A stretch of DNA of 64,000 nt from Candidatus Nanoarchaeia archaeon (GTDB taxonomy: Archaea > Nanobdellota > Nanobdellia > SCGC-AAA011-G17 > JAFCDX01): positions 546,096-610,095 of the forward strand of contig JBAZJB010000001.1 of NCBI GenBank assembly GCA_041651575.1, given 5' to 3'. The position numbers were made by a program, and so were the translations under genes. Under the pieces are notes generated by a model. It saw only the letters and a list, made by a program, of their open reading frames with translations. It had not been told where the DNA came from and did no database searches. Within the stretch, counting starts at the first letter, position 1; every line of letters begins with the position of its first letter. This document shows positions 56,156 through 64,000 of the stretch, one piece after another.

Positions 56156-56644
56156 TTATTTTTCAAAGTCTACAATAATTTCTAAATCTTTAAATTCTAA
56201 TTTTTTAGCTTCATCGTCGGAAAAATATAGATGATAAGCATTTAAATCTCCATCGTGATATAATAAAAAGAAGGTTTTGTTCTGATAATATAATCTTTCA
56301 GATAAATGTTCAAAAGCATCTTCTCCTCTTTCAAAATAAGATATAAGTGGAAGTTTTTCTTCGATAGAAGATCCATTATTTGCAACTACATAAACTTCAA
56401 GTTCTATAACTCTACAATCTTTTAAATCTTTAAATCTTGCATTTAATGTACTTTGGGTTATTGGAATATGCTCTTCTTTTAGCAATTTGGCTCTTTTTCC
56501 GAAGATAATCCTATATTCTTTATTGCATAACCAGGCATACGGATTAATTAAAAAACTATTATTATAATAAAATTTTTCTTCAAAAATACCATATTTCAAT
56601 AAATTTTTTTTAATCTTTCTTTGTTTTTCTTCTAAAGTTTCCAT
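56156..56644 (-). CDS. Hypothetical protein
   Basis: 162 aa. Confidence 0.4.
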   Translation of the reverse strand: METLEEKQRKIKKNLLKYGIFEEKFYYNNSFLINPYAWLCNKEYRIIFGKRAKLLKEEHIPITQSTLNARFKDLKDCRVIELEVYVVANNGSSIEEKLPLISYFERGEDAFEHLSERLYYQNKTFFLLYHDGDLNAYHLYFSDDEAKKLEFKDLEIIVDFEK

Positions 56645-56955
56645 ATTTTTGCAGAATAAACTTAATATTTAAGCATAGTTGTCTAAAAACATATAAATTA
56701 AGGAGAATAAATAAATTTATAAATCGATTTTGCATTAATTTTATATGCCTACAAAAGAAAAATTGCTAAAAATAATGTGCAATTATTGTAATTGGTATAT
56801 TAAAACCCTTGGAAATGCACCAGGTTATCCTACACTGATTATATTTGCTTTGGTTTTATTATTAGGTTCTAATTAAATTCTCGTCGATAATTACTTCATT
56901 TAATCGTTCTTATACGAACAGAAAGAGATATAAGTTTCTTTTATTTGAATAATTT

Positions 56956-57423
56956 ATGAAAAAGGTGTTGATTATTCTCTTAGTATTATTAATAAGTTTT
57001 GTTTTAATTTGGGGTTGTACTAAACAACAAGTTAATTGCTGTAAATATGGTTTAGGTTGCCCTGAAAAAGAAATTGATAAAATAGTAAAAAACCAAGATA
57101 TAAACTCTTGTAAAAATATAAAACCCGAAGCAATAGGAAATCCTTATTATGGTAATTACTGTGAAGCAGAGTGTATTTCCCACATAGCTTCTTTAAAAGA
57201 GGATCCAACTCTTTGTGAATTAATTCTAGTTAAAAATATATCTGAGGTAAAAGGATGGGAAAACCCTTGGGAAACTGGATCTATTAAAGATTATTGTTAT
57301 AAAGAATTGGCTTTAAAATTAAATGATTCTTCTTTATGTAAAAAGGTTATAGCTTCTCCTCAAAAAGAAATGTGTTATACTCATTTAGGATTATCCCCAA
57401 CAATAGAAATTAATAAAGAATAA
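56956..57423 (+). CDS. Secreted Cys-rich protein (lipobox-like signal)
   Basis: Signal peptide ending LIWGC; 12 Cys. Confidence 0.4.
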   Translation: MKKVLIILLVLLISFVLIWGCTKQQVNCCKYGLGCPEKEIDKIVKNQDINSCKNIKPEAIGNPYYGNYCEAECISHIASLKEDPTLCELILVKNISEVKGWENPWETGSIKDYCYKELALKLNDSSLCKKVIASPQKEMCYTHLGLSPTIEINKE

Positions 57424-57490
57424 TTATCATATGTTCGTTTAAGCTTCGTTATATGGATAGTTTTATTAATTCTCTCGTATTCTGTCAAGT

Positions 57491-57697
57491 ATGCCTAAGA
57501 GAACTGATGAATTTACAAAAAAGCTTGAAGAAGCCTTAGGTGATCCTGCTTTTGAAGTAATTATAGATTTTAAGAATAATCCTCACCATAAAGATGTTGT
57601 AAATTTCTTAAAAGAACTTGCTGAATATGAAAAAGCCGATAAAGATATTCATTTTGTAGTTAAATATCAACATAAACCAACATATGATTCTGCGTAA
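57491..57697 (+). CDS. Hypothetical small protein
   Basis: 68 aa. Confidence 0.3.
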   Translation: MPKRTDEFTKKLEEALGDPAFEVIIDFKNNPHHKDVVNFLKELAEYEKADKDIHFVVKYQHKPTYDSA

Positions 57698-57728
57698 GAT
57701 TTATTAATTCTTTAATTTTATTATAAAT

Positions 57729-58079
57729 ATGATATCCTGGCTAATTTTAGGTGTTTTAATATTAGTGGGTATAATAGCGATAAGTTTAATAGTTTATAGA
57801 AAGAGAAAAGGTCTAAAGCAAGAAACAGACTATAAAGCCTTCTTTATTTTAGGTATTTTTTGGATAATTGTGGGTATTATCCCAGGCAATTTATCCTTTT
57901 TAATAATGGGTATTGCTTTTATGGTAATTGGATTAGTTAATAAAAAGAAATGGAAGAAATACAAACCTTGGAATAAATTAAGCAAAGCAGAAAGGCAATA
58001 TAGGAAAGTAGTGATGATTATTGTAGGTTTATTGATATTAAGTTGCTTAGTTCTAGTTATTTTGAATTTGTTAAAGTAG
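57729..58079 (+). CDS. Small membrane protein
   Basis: 116 aa, 3 TM helices. Confidence 0.4.
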   Translation: MISWLILGVLILVGIIAISLIVYRKRKGLKQETDYKAFFILGIFWIIVGIIPGNLSFLIMGIAFMVIGLVNKKKWKKYKPWNKLSKAERQYRKVVMIIVGLLILSCLVLVILNLLK

Positions 58080-58514
58080 TTATGCTATTTCTTTAAGTTT
58101 CTTTTGTATCTGGGCTTTAATTTCTTGTCCATATTTGTCAGTATGCAACATTTTATGATGATTAGGACATAATCCTATTAAATTATTAGGATCTTTATTC
58201 TTATGATTTTCATCTAAGTGATGTAAGTCAACTACTTTATCAAAACCACAAACTAAACACTTTTTAGTTTTTTCTCTGTATAGTTCTAATGAAATTTCAT
58301 GCCATTTGTTATAATTATATCTTTTAACATTATCATAATGATGTAATTTGATATGGCAAGTACCACAAAGGCCAAATGCTTTATGTTTTAATTTTCTTCC
58401 ACAATTTTTACAAATGATTAGATTTGGGGCAAGAGTTTTTCTATAGCAATTAAAACACATCTTTTTTGCATGATGTTCTTTTTCCTTTCCACAAGATTTA
58501 CATTTAACTAACAT
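58080..58514 (-). CDS. HNH endonuclease with tandem zinc ribbons
   Basis: Three CxxC pairs followed by the HNH core DLHHLD...N...LCPNHH. Confidence 0.75.
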   Translation of the reverse strand: MLVKCKSCGKEKEHHAKKMCFNCYRKTLAPNLIICKNCGRKLKHKAFGLCGTCHIKLHHYDNVKRYNYNKWHEISLELYREKTKKCLVCGFDKVVDLHHLDENHKNKDPNNLIGLCPNHHKMLHTDKYGQEIKAQIQKKLKEIA

Positions 58515-58693
58515 ACTCTATTAATGATATTTATATATTAAAACTTTTAGAATCACTACGAAGTGTACGTATTTATTTTTTAAACGTAGCGTCTTATAAT
58601 GAATATTATATGAACACTATGCTTCAGATGCCTTTAGAAGGGGTTATTTATGGTAAAAAGGTAGGTATTTCACAATAAATTTCCTATTTTCTT

Positions 58694-59176
58694 TCATTTT
58701 TTAAAACTTTTAATATAAAACCAAATACAATAAGGGATAGTATAAACTATTCCAAAAATAATAATGAATAATATTAAACAGAGGATTAAAAAAATAACAT
58801 TCATTATATCCGGTAATCCAGCAGTTGCAACAAATTTCAGGGTGGGAGGAATATAAAAAATAATTCCATAAAAAGAGAGTAAAGCGGTTATGATACTATA
58901 AATAAATGTTCCTAAAGCAAACCATTTAGGAAAAAACATCTTTTCTTTCTTTTTAGGATTAATACTTCCTTTAATATAAAATATTACAAAGTATATTATA
59001 ATAAATAAAAAAATGAAATCTAGGATAGGTTTGATTACTACAGCCCAAGAATTTGATTTATCTAAATATAAAAACCGAAATGCATAAGAAATGATACTTA
59101 TTAAAGCAAAAATTAAAGTTATCCAAGCTAACCATTTAGGAACTTTTGGGAATTTAAATTTCTTCTTTGTAGTCAT
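58694..59176 (-). CDS. Membrane protein
   Basis: 160 aa, 4 TM helices. Confidence 0.4.
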   Translation of the reverse strand: MTTKKKFKFPKVPKWLAWITLIFALISIISYAFRFLYLDKSNSWAVVIKPILDFIFLFIIIYFVIFYIKGSINPKKKEKMFFPKWFALGTFIYSIITALLSFYGIIFYIPPTLKFVATAGLPDIMNVIFLILCLILFIIIFGIVYTIPYCIWFYIKSFKK

Positions 59177-59200
59177 TTTAACAATAAAGTAACCTTCTTT

Positions 59201-59815
59201 TTAACCCTTTCTAAATTCAACTAACTTGCCTGCTTTAATTTCTATCTTATCTGCTTTACGTAAATTAGCTATCTGTTTCTCATCTAAAATAGAATAATGC
59301 TTAACACTATCAAGATAATCATGAATATACCATAAATCTTCTTTATCTGTTGCCCAGTTTTTATCATCAAATACTGAAAGATCTACTGGATTAGAAAAGC
59401 TTCTTAATGTTTTCTTGCCATTATCCATAAAATACTCATGGAAATAACTCATCACTAATTCTCTTATATCTCTATAAATTGGTTCTCTATATCTCAATAC
59501 AGCATGATTTGTTTTTGTTATAGCCCCCCATTTGCCGTTTTTTTGAAATACGGCCAGTACATGTTCATAATCTTCTTTTGTCGTCTTTAAATCAACTAGT
59601 AAAGGTTTTTCACCTTGTATTCTTAATGCTAAAGCAGCTAATATTGCTCCTTCTATACAATGAGCTTTTTTTGTTTTAAGAACCATTCTCGGAGACATAC
59701 ATGTATCTCCTTGTTCTTCAAAGTTTATTTTAATTTTATTTAAAAAATTCTGAATCTTTTTAGGAGTATCTAGTTTCTTTAGAACTTTTAACTCTTTTTC
59801 ATTTAAATTTAACAT
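59201..59815 (-). CDS. Putative transglutaminase-like / papain-fold Cys peptidase superfamily protein
   Basis: Candidate Cys-His-Asp arrangement (KKAHCIEGAILAALAL...EHVLAV...). Confidence 0.3.
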   Translation of the reverse strand: MLNLNEKELKVLKKLDTPKKIQNFLNKIKINFEEQGDTCMSPRMVLKTKKAHCIEGAILAALALRIQGEKPLLVDLKTTKEDYEHVLAVFQKNGKWGAITKTNHAVLRYREPIYRDIRELVMSYFHEYFMDNGKKTLRSFSNPVDLSVFDDKNWATDKEDLWYIHDYLDSVKHYSILDEKQIANLRKADKIEIKAGKLVEFRKG

Positions 59816-59816
59816 T

Positions 59817-60191
59817 TTAACTACCTTTTTTAAAAGATTTACTCATTTCTGCTCTTGCTAATCTAAATTCCATTAACTCTTTTTCTAAAGAGTCTGTTTT
59901 AAAACCTAATCTTTTAAGATCTTGTATGTGCCCTTTCATAGATATTATTAATTGTAATGCTTTTTCTAATTCTTGCTTTTTAAGTAAATACCTTGTTTCT
60001 TTAATTAAAGGGGCAAGGATTTCAGAAGTATTAGAAAAATATTCTGAATCTTCTTCAGAAAGGGGTTTTATATTTTTTCTTTCTATTTCTTCTTCTGAAA
60101 GAGTTCTATCTGGATAAGGATCAGAAGACATTAACAAAGTTAATCTTTCTAAAAAGGCATTTGCTTTTTTAATTAGTTTAGAGATATCCAT
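59817..60191 (-). CDS. Hypothetical protein
   Basis: 124 aa. Confidence 0.35.
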   Translation of the reverse strand: MDISKLIKKANAFLERLTLLMSSDPYPDRTLSEEEIERKNIKPLSEEDSEYFSNTSEILAPLIKETRYLLKKQELEKALQLIISMKGHIQDLKRLGFKTDSLEKELMEFRLARAEMSKSFKKGS

Positions 60192-60237
60192 AGTATACTA
60201 AGGAATAATGAGAAATATTTAATTGTTTCTAAAAGAA

Positions 60238-60627
60238 TTATCCTGGATAGAGAGTTTGTATTGTTCGTTCAAGTGCTTTAGCGTCTTCTTCAGGACTTAC
60301 TGGCTTAATTTTTGCTCTTTCTTCCATAATTTTATTTTTTTCTTGAGGAGTTAAAAAAGTTACTTTTGGTTCAACTGCCTCTAAAATTCTATGATATTCA
60401 ATTAAATGTTCTAAAAATAAACGTGCTTCTTTTGAGGTTTTAAGATAAGAAGTCAGAGAAACATTAGATTGATACCAATGACATAATTTTAAGTATTCTC
60501 CTTGAAAAACTTCTTTATTTGATTCTTTTCTAACTCTTTCTAATAGTTTTGGCATATATTTATTTATAAAAGTTAATTGTTGTGAAAAATCTCCTTTTTT
60601 ATTTAAGTATTGTTCTAAGGTAACCAT
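60238..60627 (-). CDS. Hypothetical protein
   Basis: 129 aa. Confidence 0.35.
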   Translation of the reverse strand: MVTLEQYLNKKGDFSQQLTFINKYMPKLLERVRKESNKEVFQGEYLKLCHWYQSNVSLTSYLKTSKEARLFLEHLIEYHRILEAVEPKVTFLTPQEKNKIMEERAKIKPVSPEEDAKALERTIQTLYPG

Positions 60628-60666
60628 AGTTTTAATGAAGAAGGATAAATATTTAATCCTTTCTTT

Positions 60667-61035
60667 TTAGAATTTAAACTCTCTTTTAAAAAGTTTTGTA
60701 TCAGTGTGGTCATCAATCATAGTAAAAAAGTTTGCAAGCCACCCATTTGAATCTTTTACTTCTTTACCTTTTTCATCTAAAATAAACATTTCTTTTTTCA
60801 TAAAAACTTCTAAAACCAACATAAATTTGTCAGGAAGTAATTCAAAGCCATATGATCCTTCTATTTTAGTAACTCTAAAAACTTTAGAAGTAATTCCGCT
60901 GCCATAATTTTCAGGTCTAACTTTTGAATAAATCTCATCTTTTCTTAATTCAGGTATCTCTTTTTCATATCCCATAAACTTAAGCATAGAATAAGTTTGT
61001 TTTTCATTTAATGCTTGCCAAGATTTTATTGTCAT
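60667..61035 (-). CDS. Hypothetical protein
   Basis: 122 aa. Confidence 0.35.
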   Translation of the reverse strand: MTIKSWQALNEKQTYSMLKFMGYEKEIPELRKDEIYSKVRPENYGSGITSKVFRVTKIEGSYGFELLPDKFMLVLEVFMKKEMFILDEKGKEVKDSNGWLANFFTMIDDHTDTKLFKREFKF

Positions 61036-61069
61036 AAGAAAAATATAATGAGGATATATTTAAACATTA

Positions 61070-62200
61070 TTATTTTTTATTTAATAAATTATAAACATAA
61101 ACGTACATTCCACAAGACCAAGCAAAAGGATAATCTGCTTTAAAGAACATTTTCTTTACAGGTTTTTTATTAAAATATACTTCATAGACTTCTTTTTCTG
61201 CGTTAATAACTTCTGCGATTTGATTAAAGGTTTTAAGCGCTTCTTTTTTCCTTCCTAGTTTATTCAAAGCCAAAACATTAAAGCAGCCTATCCATAACCA
61301 AGAAAAACCATTGTGATATAATACTTTTCCTCTTAAAAAATTTAAAGGAGCTCTTCTCCATAATGGATAAATAGGATAAGAATTGGGCAAAGGAGTTTTA
61401 TCTTTTAATCTATCTAAAATATAATTTTCTATCCTTTCTGCTTGATCTTTATTTGCAACCCCAAGTAAAATAGCCAAGGCATTTCCTGCAGTACAACAAT
61501 AAAAATCTTTTTTAGTTGTCCAGGAACTATAAAAATTTCCTTTCCAGAATTTATTATTAATTTCTTCTCGTAATAAACGCGCTTTTTCCTTGTAATCTGC
61601 ACAATCTAACTCTAAAAGGTGTGAAAGTACTACAAAAGCATTTAATGCGCCATAATGCAATACATTTGTGTATAAAACATGTCCTCGTTTTATCGTTGTA
61701 TCTTCCCAATTTGCAAAAAATCCTTCTCTAATTAAATTATTTTTGTAATGTAAAAAATTCCAATCAATTATTTTCTTTATTTTTTGATAATTTCTTTGTA
61801 AATATTCCAAATCTTTTGTTTCTTGAATATAAGCAAGTAAAATAATTAAAAAAATTGAGTTTTGATCTAATGCTTTTGTTAAAAATAAGGAGGTTGAATA
61901 TCTTATTCCTAATTCTTTTCTTTTTATTTTAATTCCTAAATATTTTAAACCGACATGATAACGATCTATTCTCCTAGGTATTTGCCCATTTTCATCTAAA
62001 TTTGATAAAAATAAATTTAAATTTGTCCTTACGATATCAGAATCTCCTGCTTTTAATGCTCCCAATGATGCAAATAAAGAATCTCTTGCCCAATAATCAT
62101 CAAATCTATGTAATCCTGCTACAATTCCAGAATCAGAATAACATTCTTTTAATCCTTTTAATGAAATATTGTAGGCTTCTTTTATTGAGTTTTTTTCCAT
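61070..62200 (-). CDS. Six-hairpin glycoside hydrolase (amylo-alpha-1,6-glucosidase / glycogen-debranching-like)
   Basis: GLHRFDDYWARDS and later YHNGFSWLW motifs typical of the (alpha/alpha)6 GDE_C/GH63-like fold. Confidence 0.55.
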   Translation of the reverse strand: MEKNSIKEAYNISLKGLKECYSDSGIVAGLHRFDDYWARDSLFASLGALKAGDSDIVRTNLNLFLSNLDENGQIPRRIDRYHVGLKYLGIKIKRKELGIRYSTSLFLTKALDQNSIFLIILLAYIQETKDLEYLQRNYQKIKKIIDWNFLHYKNNLIREGFFANWEDTTIKRGHVLYTNVLHYGALNAFVVLSHLLELDCADYKEKARLLREEINNKFWKGNFYSSWTTKKDFYCCTAGNALAILLGVANKDQAERIENYILDRLKDKTPLPNSYPIYPLWRRAPLNFLRGKVLYHNGFSWLWIGCFNVLALNKLGRKKEALKTFNQIAEVINAEKEVYEVYFNKKPVKKMFFKADYPFAWSCGMYVYVYNLLNKK

Positions 62201-62234
62201 TAAAATTTGAGAAATGAGTAGATATTTAAGATTT

Positions 62235-62288
62235 ATTGCGCTTAAAAGTTTTAAGCGTTGCTTAAAGATTTTGTTATTCTATTTATTA
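62235..62288. promoter_or_regulatory. Palindromic GCGCTTAAAAGTTTTAAGCG motif block, copy B
   Basis: Near-perfect palindrome CGCTTAAAA-G-TTTTAAGCG in the divergent promoter region between 61070-62200 (minus) and 62327-62668 (plus). Confidence 0.4.
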
Positions 62289-62326
62289 TACAAATATTTA
62301 TATATTTTAATTACAAATTATAAGAT

Positions 62327-62668
62327 ATGGTAGAAACAAGGGAAGACTTAGTTAAAAAAGAACTAAGGGAAATAAGAGTAGCCATTATTAAGTATCAAAA
62401 TGAAAAAAGAGATTATGAAAAACATTTTGGAAGCTTATCTGAAATAAAGGGTAAAAATAAAGGTATGTGGAAAGAATTCTCTTTAATTATCCCAGAAATA
62501 CTTATAAAAATAGAAAAAGCCCTCAAATATAAAGATCGATTTAAAAATATCATTGAAGAGATGGATGCAAGAGAAAAGGATTTTTATTTAGTTGTATTTG
62601 GTGAATTAAAAAAATATAGAAGAAAATTAAATAGGGATTGGAATATTTTAAAAGAAGAGCAAATTTAA
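62327..62668 (+). CDS. Hypothetical protein
   Basis: 113 aa, charged. Confidence 0.35.
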   Translation: MVETREDLVKKELREIRVAIIKYQNEKRDYEKHFGSLSEIKGKNKGMWKEFSLIIPEILIKIEKALKYKDRFKNIIEEMDAREKDFYLVVFGELKKYRRKLNRDWNILKEEQI

Positions 62669-63165
62669 AGTTTTTCTTTTATTAAATAAACCTCTGAATC
62701 TGCTTTTTTTTCTAAGAAATAAACTCCTTTCCCTAAGCCAGGGTAAGTTGTTCCATTCATAGACTGTTGTATTATAAGGTTACGTTCTTTGATTAAAGAA
62801 GCTTCAACTTCTAAATGAGATTTACCAATGATAGCAATCAAATTTTTATTAAAATCTGTTAAATAAGAACAGATAAATTCTGCCATTTTATTTAAATAAT
62901 CAAATTCTGGAATACCTTTAAATTGCTTTACTAAAGGTAAACAATTCTTTTGAGAGGTTATCTCTTTAAATTCTTTATAACTATCTTCTATTCCTTCCTT
63001 AGGATCTTCTAATGCAAGCATAAATGAATCTTTATTTAAATTATTTAGAATTAATTTTTGATTATCGCTCCATTTTTTATCTCCATGAAAATCTCCTATA
63101 AATGTTAATGGAGTAGATTGTATTTTTTCTATTAAATCACTAAAATTTACTCTTCTTATTTCCAT
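62665..63165 (-). CDS. Hypothetical protein
   Basis: 166 aa; FIGDFHGD motif of unknown significance. Confidence 0.35.
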   Translation of the reverse strand: MEIRRVNFSDLIEKIQSTPLTFIGDFHGDKKWSDNQKLILNNLNKDSFMLALEDPKEGIEDSYKEFKEITSQKNCLPLVKQFKGIPEFDYLNKMAEFICSYLTDFNKNLIAIIGKSHLEVEASLIKERNLIIQQSMNGTTYPGLGKGVYFLEKKADSEVYLIKEKL

Positions 63166-63284
63166 TTTATGTCACAGATTAAGAAAGAGAGTAGATTTAT
63201 AAATCTTTCTTATTGTCACCACTTAGGAGTACAACCTTTTCCAAACAAAAGATTTAAATTCTAAGGAGTTACCCAGTATAAAGC

Positions 63285-63884
63285 ATGTTATCGTGGTTAT
63301 TCAAAAAAGCAGGTGTTCAAGGTGATCAGGTTAAATTAGACACCAAATTGCATGAATCTTTTTCTAATATAAAAGTAGATATAAAAGAAATTGGAAACTG
63401 GATAAATCATTTTAAGCAAAAGCACGACGAGAATGATGAAAAACATGAGAGTCATGAGAAAAATATTATTAATTTATCGCGAAGAATTAGTGCTATTGAA
63501 GATACCCTAGAAAATTTAAGTGTTCAATCGTTCATGAACGTTCATGAACGCTCACCTAAAATAGGTTTAAACGAGGCAACTCCTTCGAATTCAGGTAGTC
63601 AACTGTTCATGAACGTTCAATCGTTCATGAACGTTCAAACTATCGAAAAATTGACTCCTGCACAGAAAAATATACTTGGTTTGTTAGTTTATGCAGGTGG
63701 TCCGCTAGGTTATGATGATATTTCAAAAAAGTTAGGGTTGAGTACAGTCACAGTTAGAAGACATATCAATGATATAAAAAAAGTTGGATTCAAATTAGAA
63801 GAAAAAAACAGTGCTAAAGGGAGAAAAAAATTATTTTATTTTGGTGAAAAAGAAAAAAGAGCCATATTAAAAGAAGCAAAGTGA
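63285..63884 (+). CDS. Winged-helix (HTH) DNA-binding protein; the N-terminal half contains palindromic repeats and may be non-coding
   Basis: C-terminal HTH (LTPAQKNILGLLVYAGGPLGYDDISKKLGLSTVTVRRHINDIKK). An in-frame ATG at 63627 just after the repeats would give an 85-aa regulator. Confidence 0.5.
   Translation: MLSWLFKKAGVQGDQVKLDTKLHESFSNIKVDIKEIGNWINHFKQKHDENDEKHESHEKNIINLSRRISAIEDTLENLSVQSFMNVHERSPKIGLNEATPSNSGSQLFMNVQSFMNVQTIEKLTPAQKNILGLLVYAGGPLGYDDISKKLGLSTVTVRRHINDIKKVGFKLEEKNSAKGRKKLFYFGEKEKRAILKEAK
63522..63640. repeat. Cluster of four palindromic TTCATGAACG decamers, including a duplicated 19-mer GTTCAATCGTTCATGAACG
   Basis: Copies at 63531-63540, 63541-63550, 63606-63615 and 63624-63633; the 19-mer occurs at 63522-63540 and 63615-63633. 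Confidence 0.8.
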
Positions 63885-64000
63885 GAGTTCTGATAGATCT
63901 AAAAGATTAATTAAAAGTTAAAAAAGAGATAAGATTTTTAATAAAAAAGTGAGTTTTTGTAGCAAAAATTTCATAGTTTTGGGTAGGTAAAAACCTCAAA

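Noticed and set aside
54077-56911. 13-bp inverted repeat GTTCGTATAAGAA / TTCTTATACGAAC flanking the recombinase region, plus a similar atgttcgt.taag...tatatggata element at 57431
   Set aside because: A 13-mer inverted match is expected by chance several times in 64 kb of ~30% GC DNA. Its spacing relative to start codons does not fit an archaeal TATA/BRE promoter. Not treated as terminal inverted repeats.
1-64000. Scan for CRISPR arrays and rRNA genes
   Set aside because: No regularly spaced direct repeats with unique spacers and no GC-rich rRNA-like segments were seen. The only tandem or dispersed repeats found lie inside protein-coding genes or promoter regions.

Overview
AT-rich archaeal chromosome segment (about 30% GC; the gene content suggests a DPANN-type archaeon). 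Archaeal informational genes run throughout: FtsZ (5' partial), SecE-NusG-L11, L37ae-RpoP-prefoldin beta, SepF, ZPR1, GlyRS, Alba, S17e, tRNA-splicing endonuclease and RNase Z, TFB, S8e, Sm, L37e, S3Ae, GAN/RecJ, S15 and RPA. There are six tRNAs; one is a putative two-intron tRNA-Gln. Between these lie accessory regions. (1) 8.0-13.8 kb holds sequon-rich (N-x-S/T) secreted surface proteins with beta-helix and tandem repeats. (2) 23.3-32.5 kb is a minus-strand operon with a 2168-aa Cys-rich secreted giant protein, a 674-aa protein with a pilin-like class III signal peptide and a polytopic membrane protein, next to a RelE/ParE toxin-antitoxin pair. (3) 38.2-48.9 kb is a type IV pilus-like locus: FlaI/TadA-family ATPase, TadC/FlaJ-like platform protein and about ten pilin-like genes. 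One pilin-like gene fuses a class III signal peptide to an M23 peptidase domain and a lytic-transglycosylase-like domain. (4) 54-58.5 kb holds a tyrosine recombinase, an HNH endonuclease and small hypothetical genes. No CRISPR array or rRNA gene was seen. All assignments rest on manual motif and similarity recognition; no database search was run.
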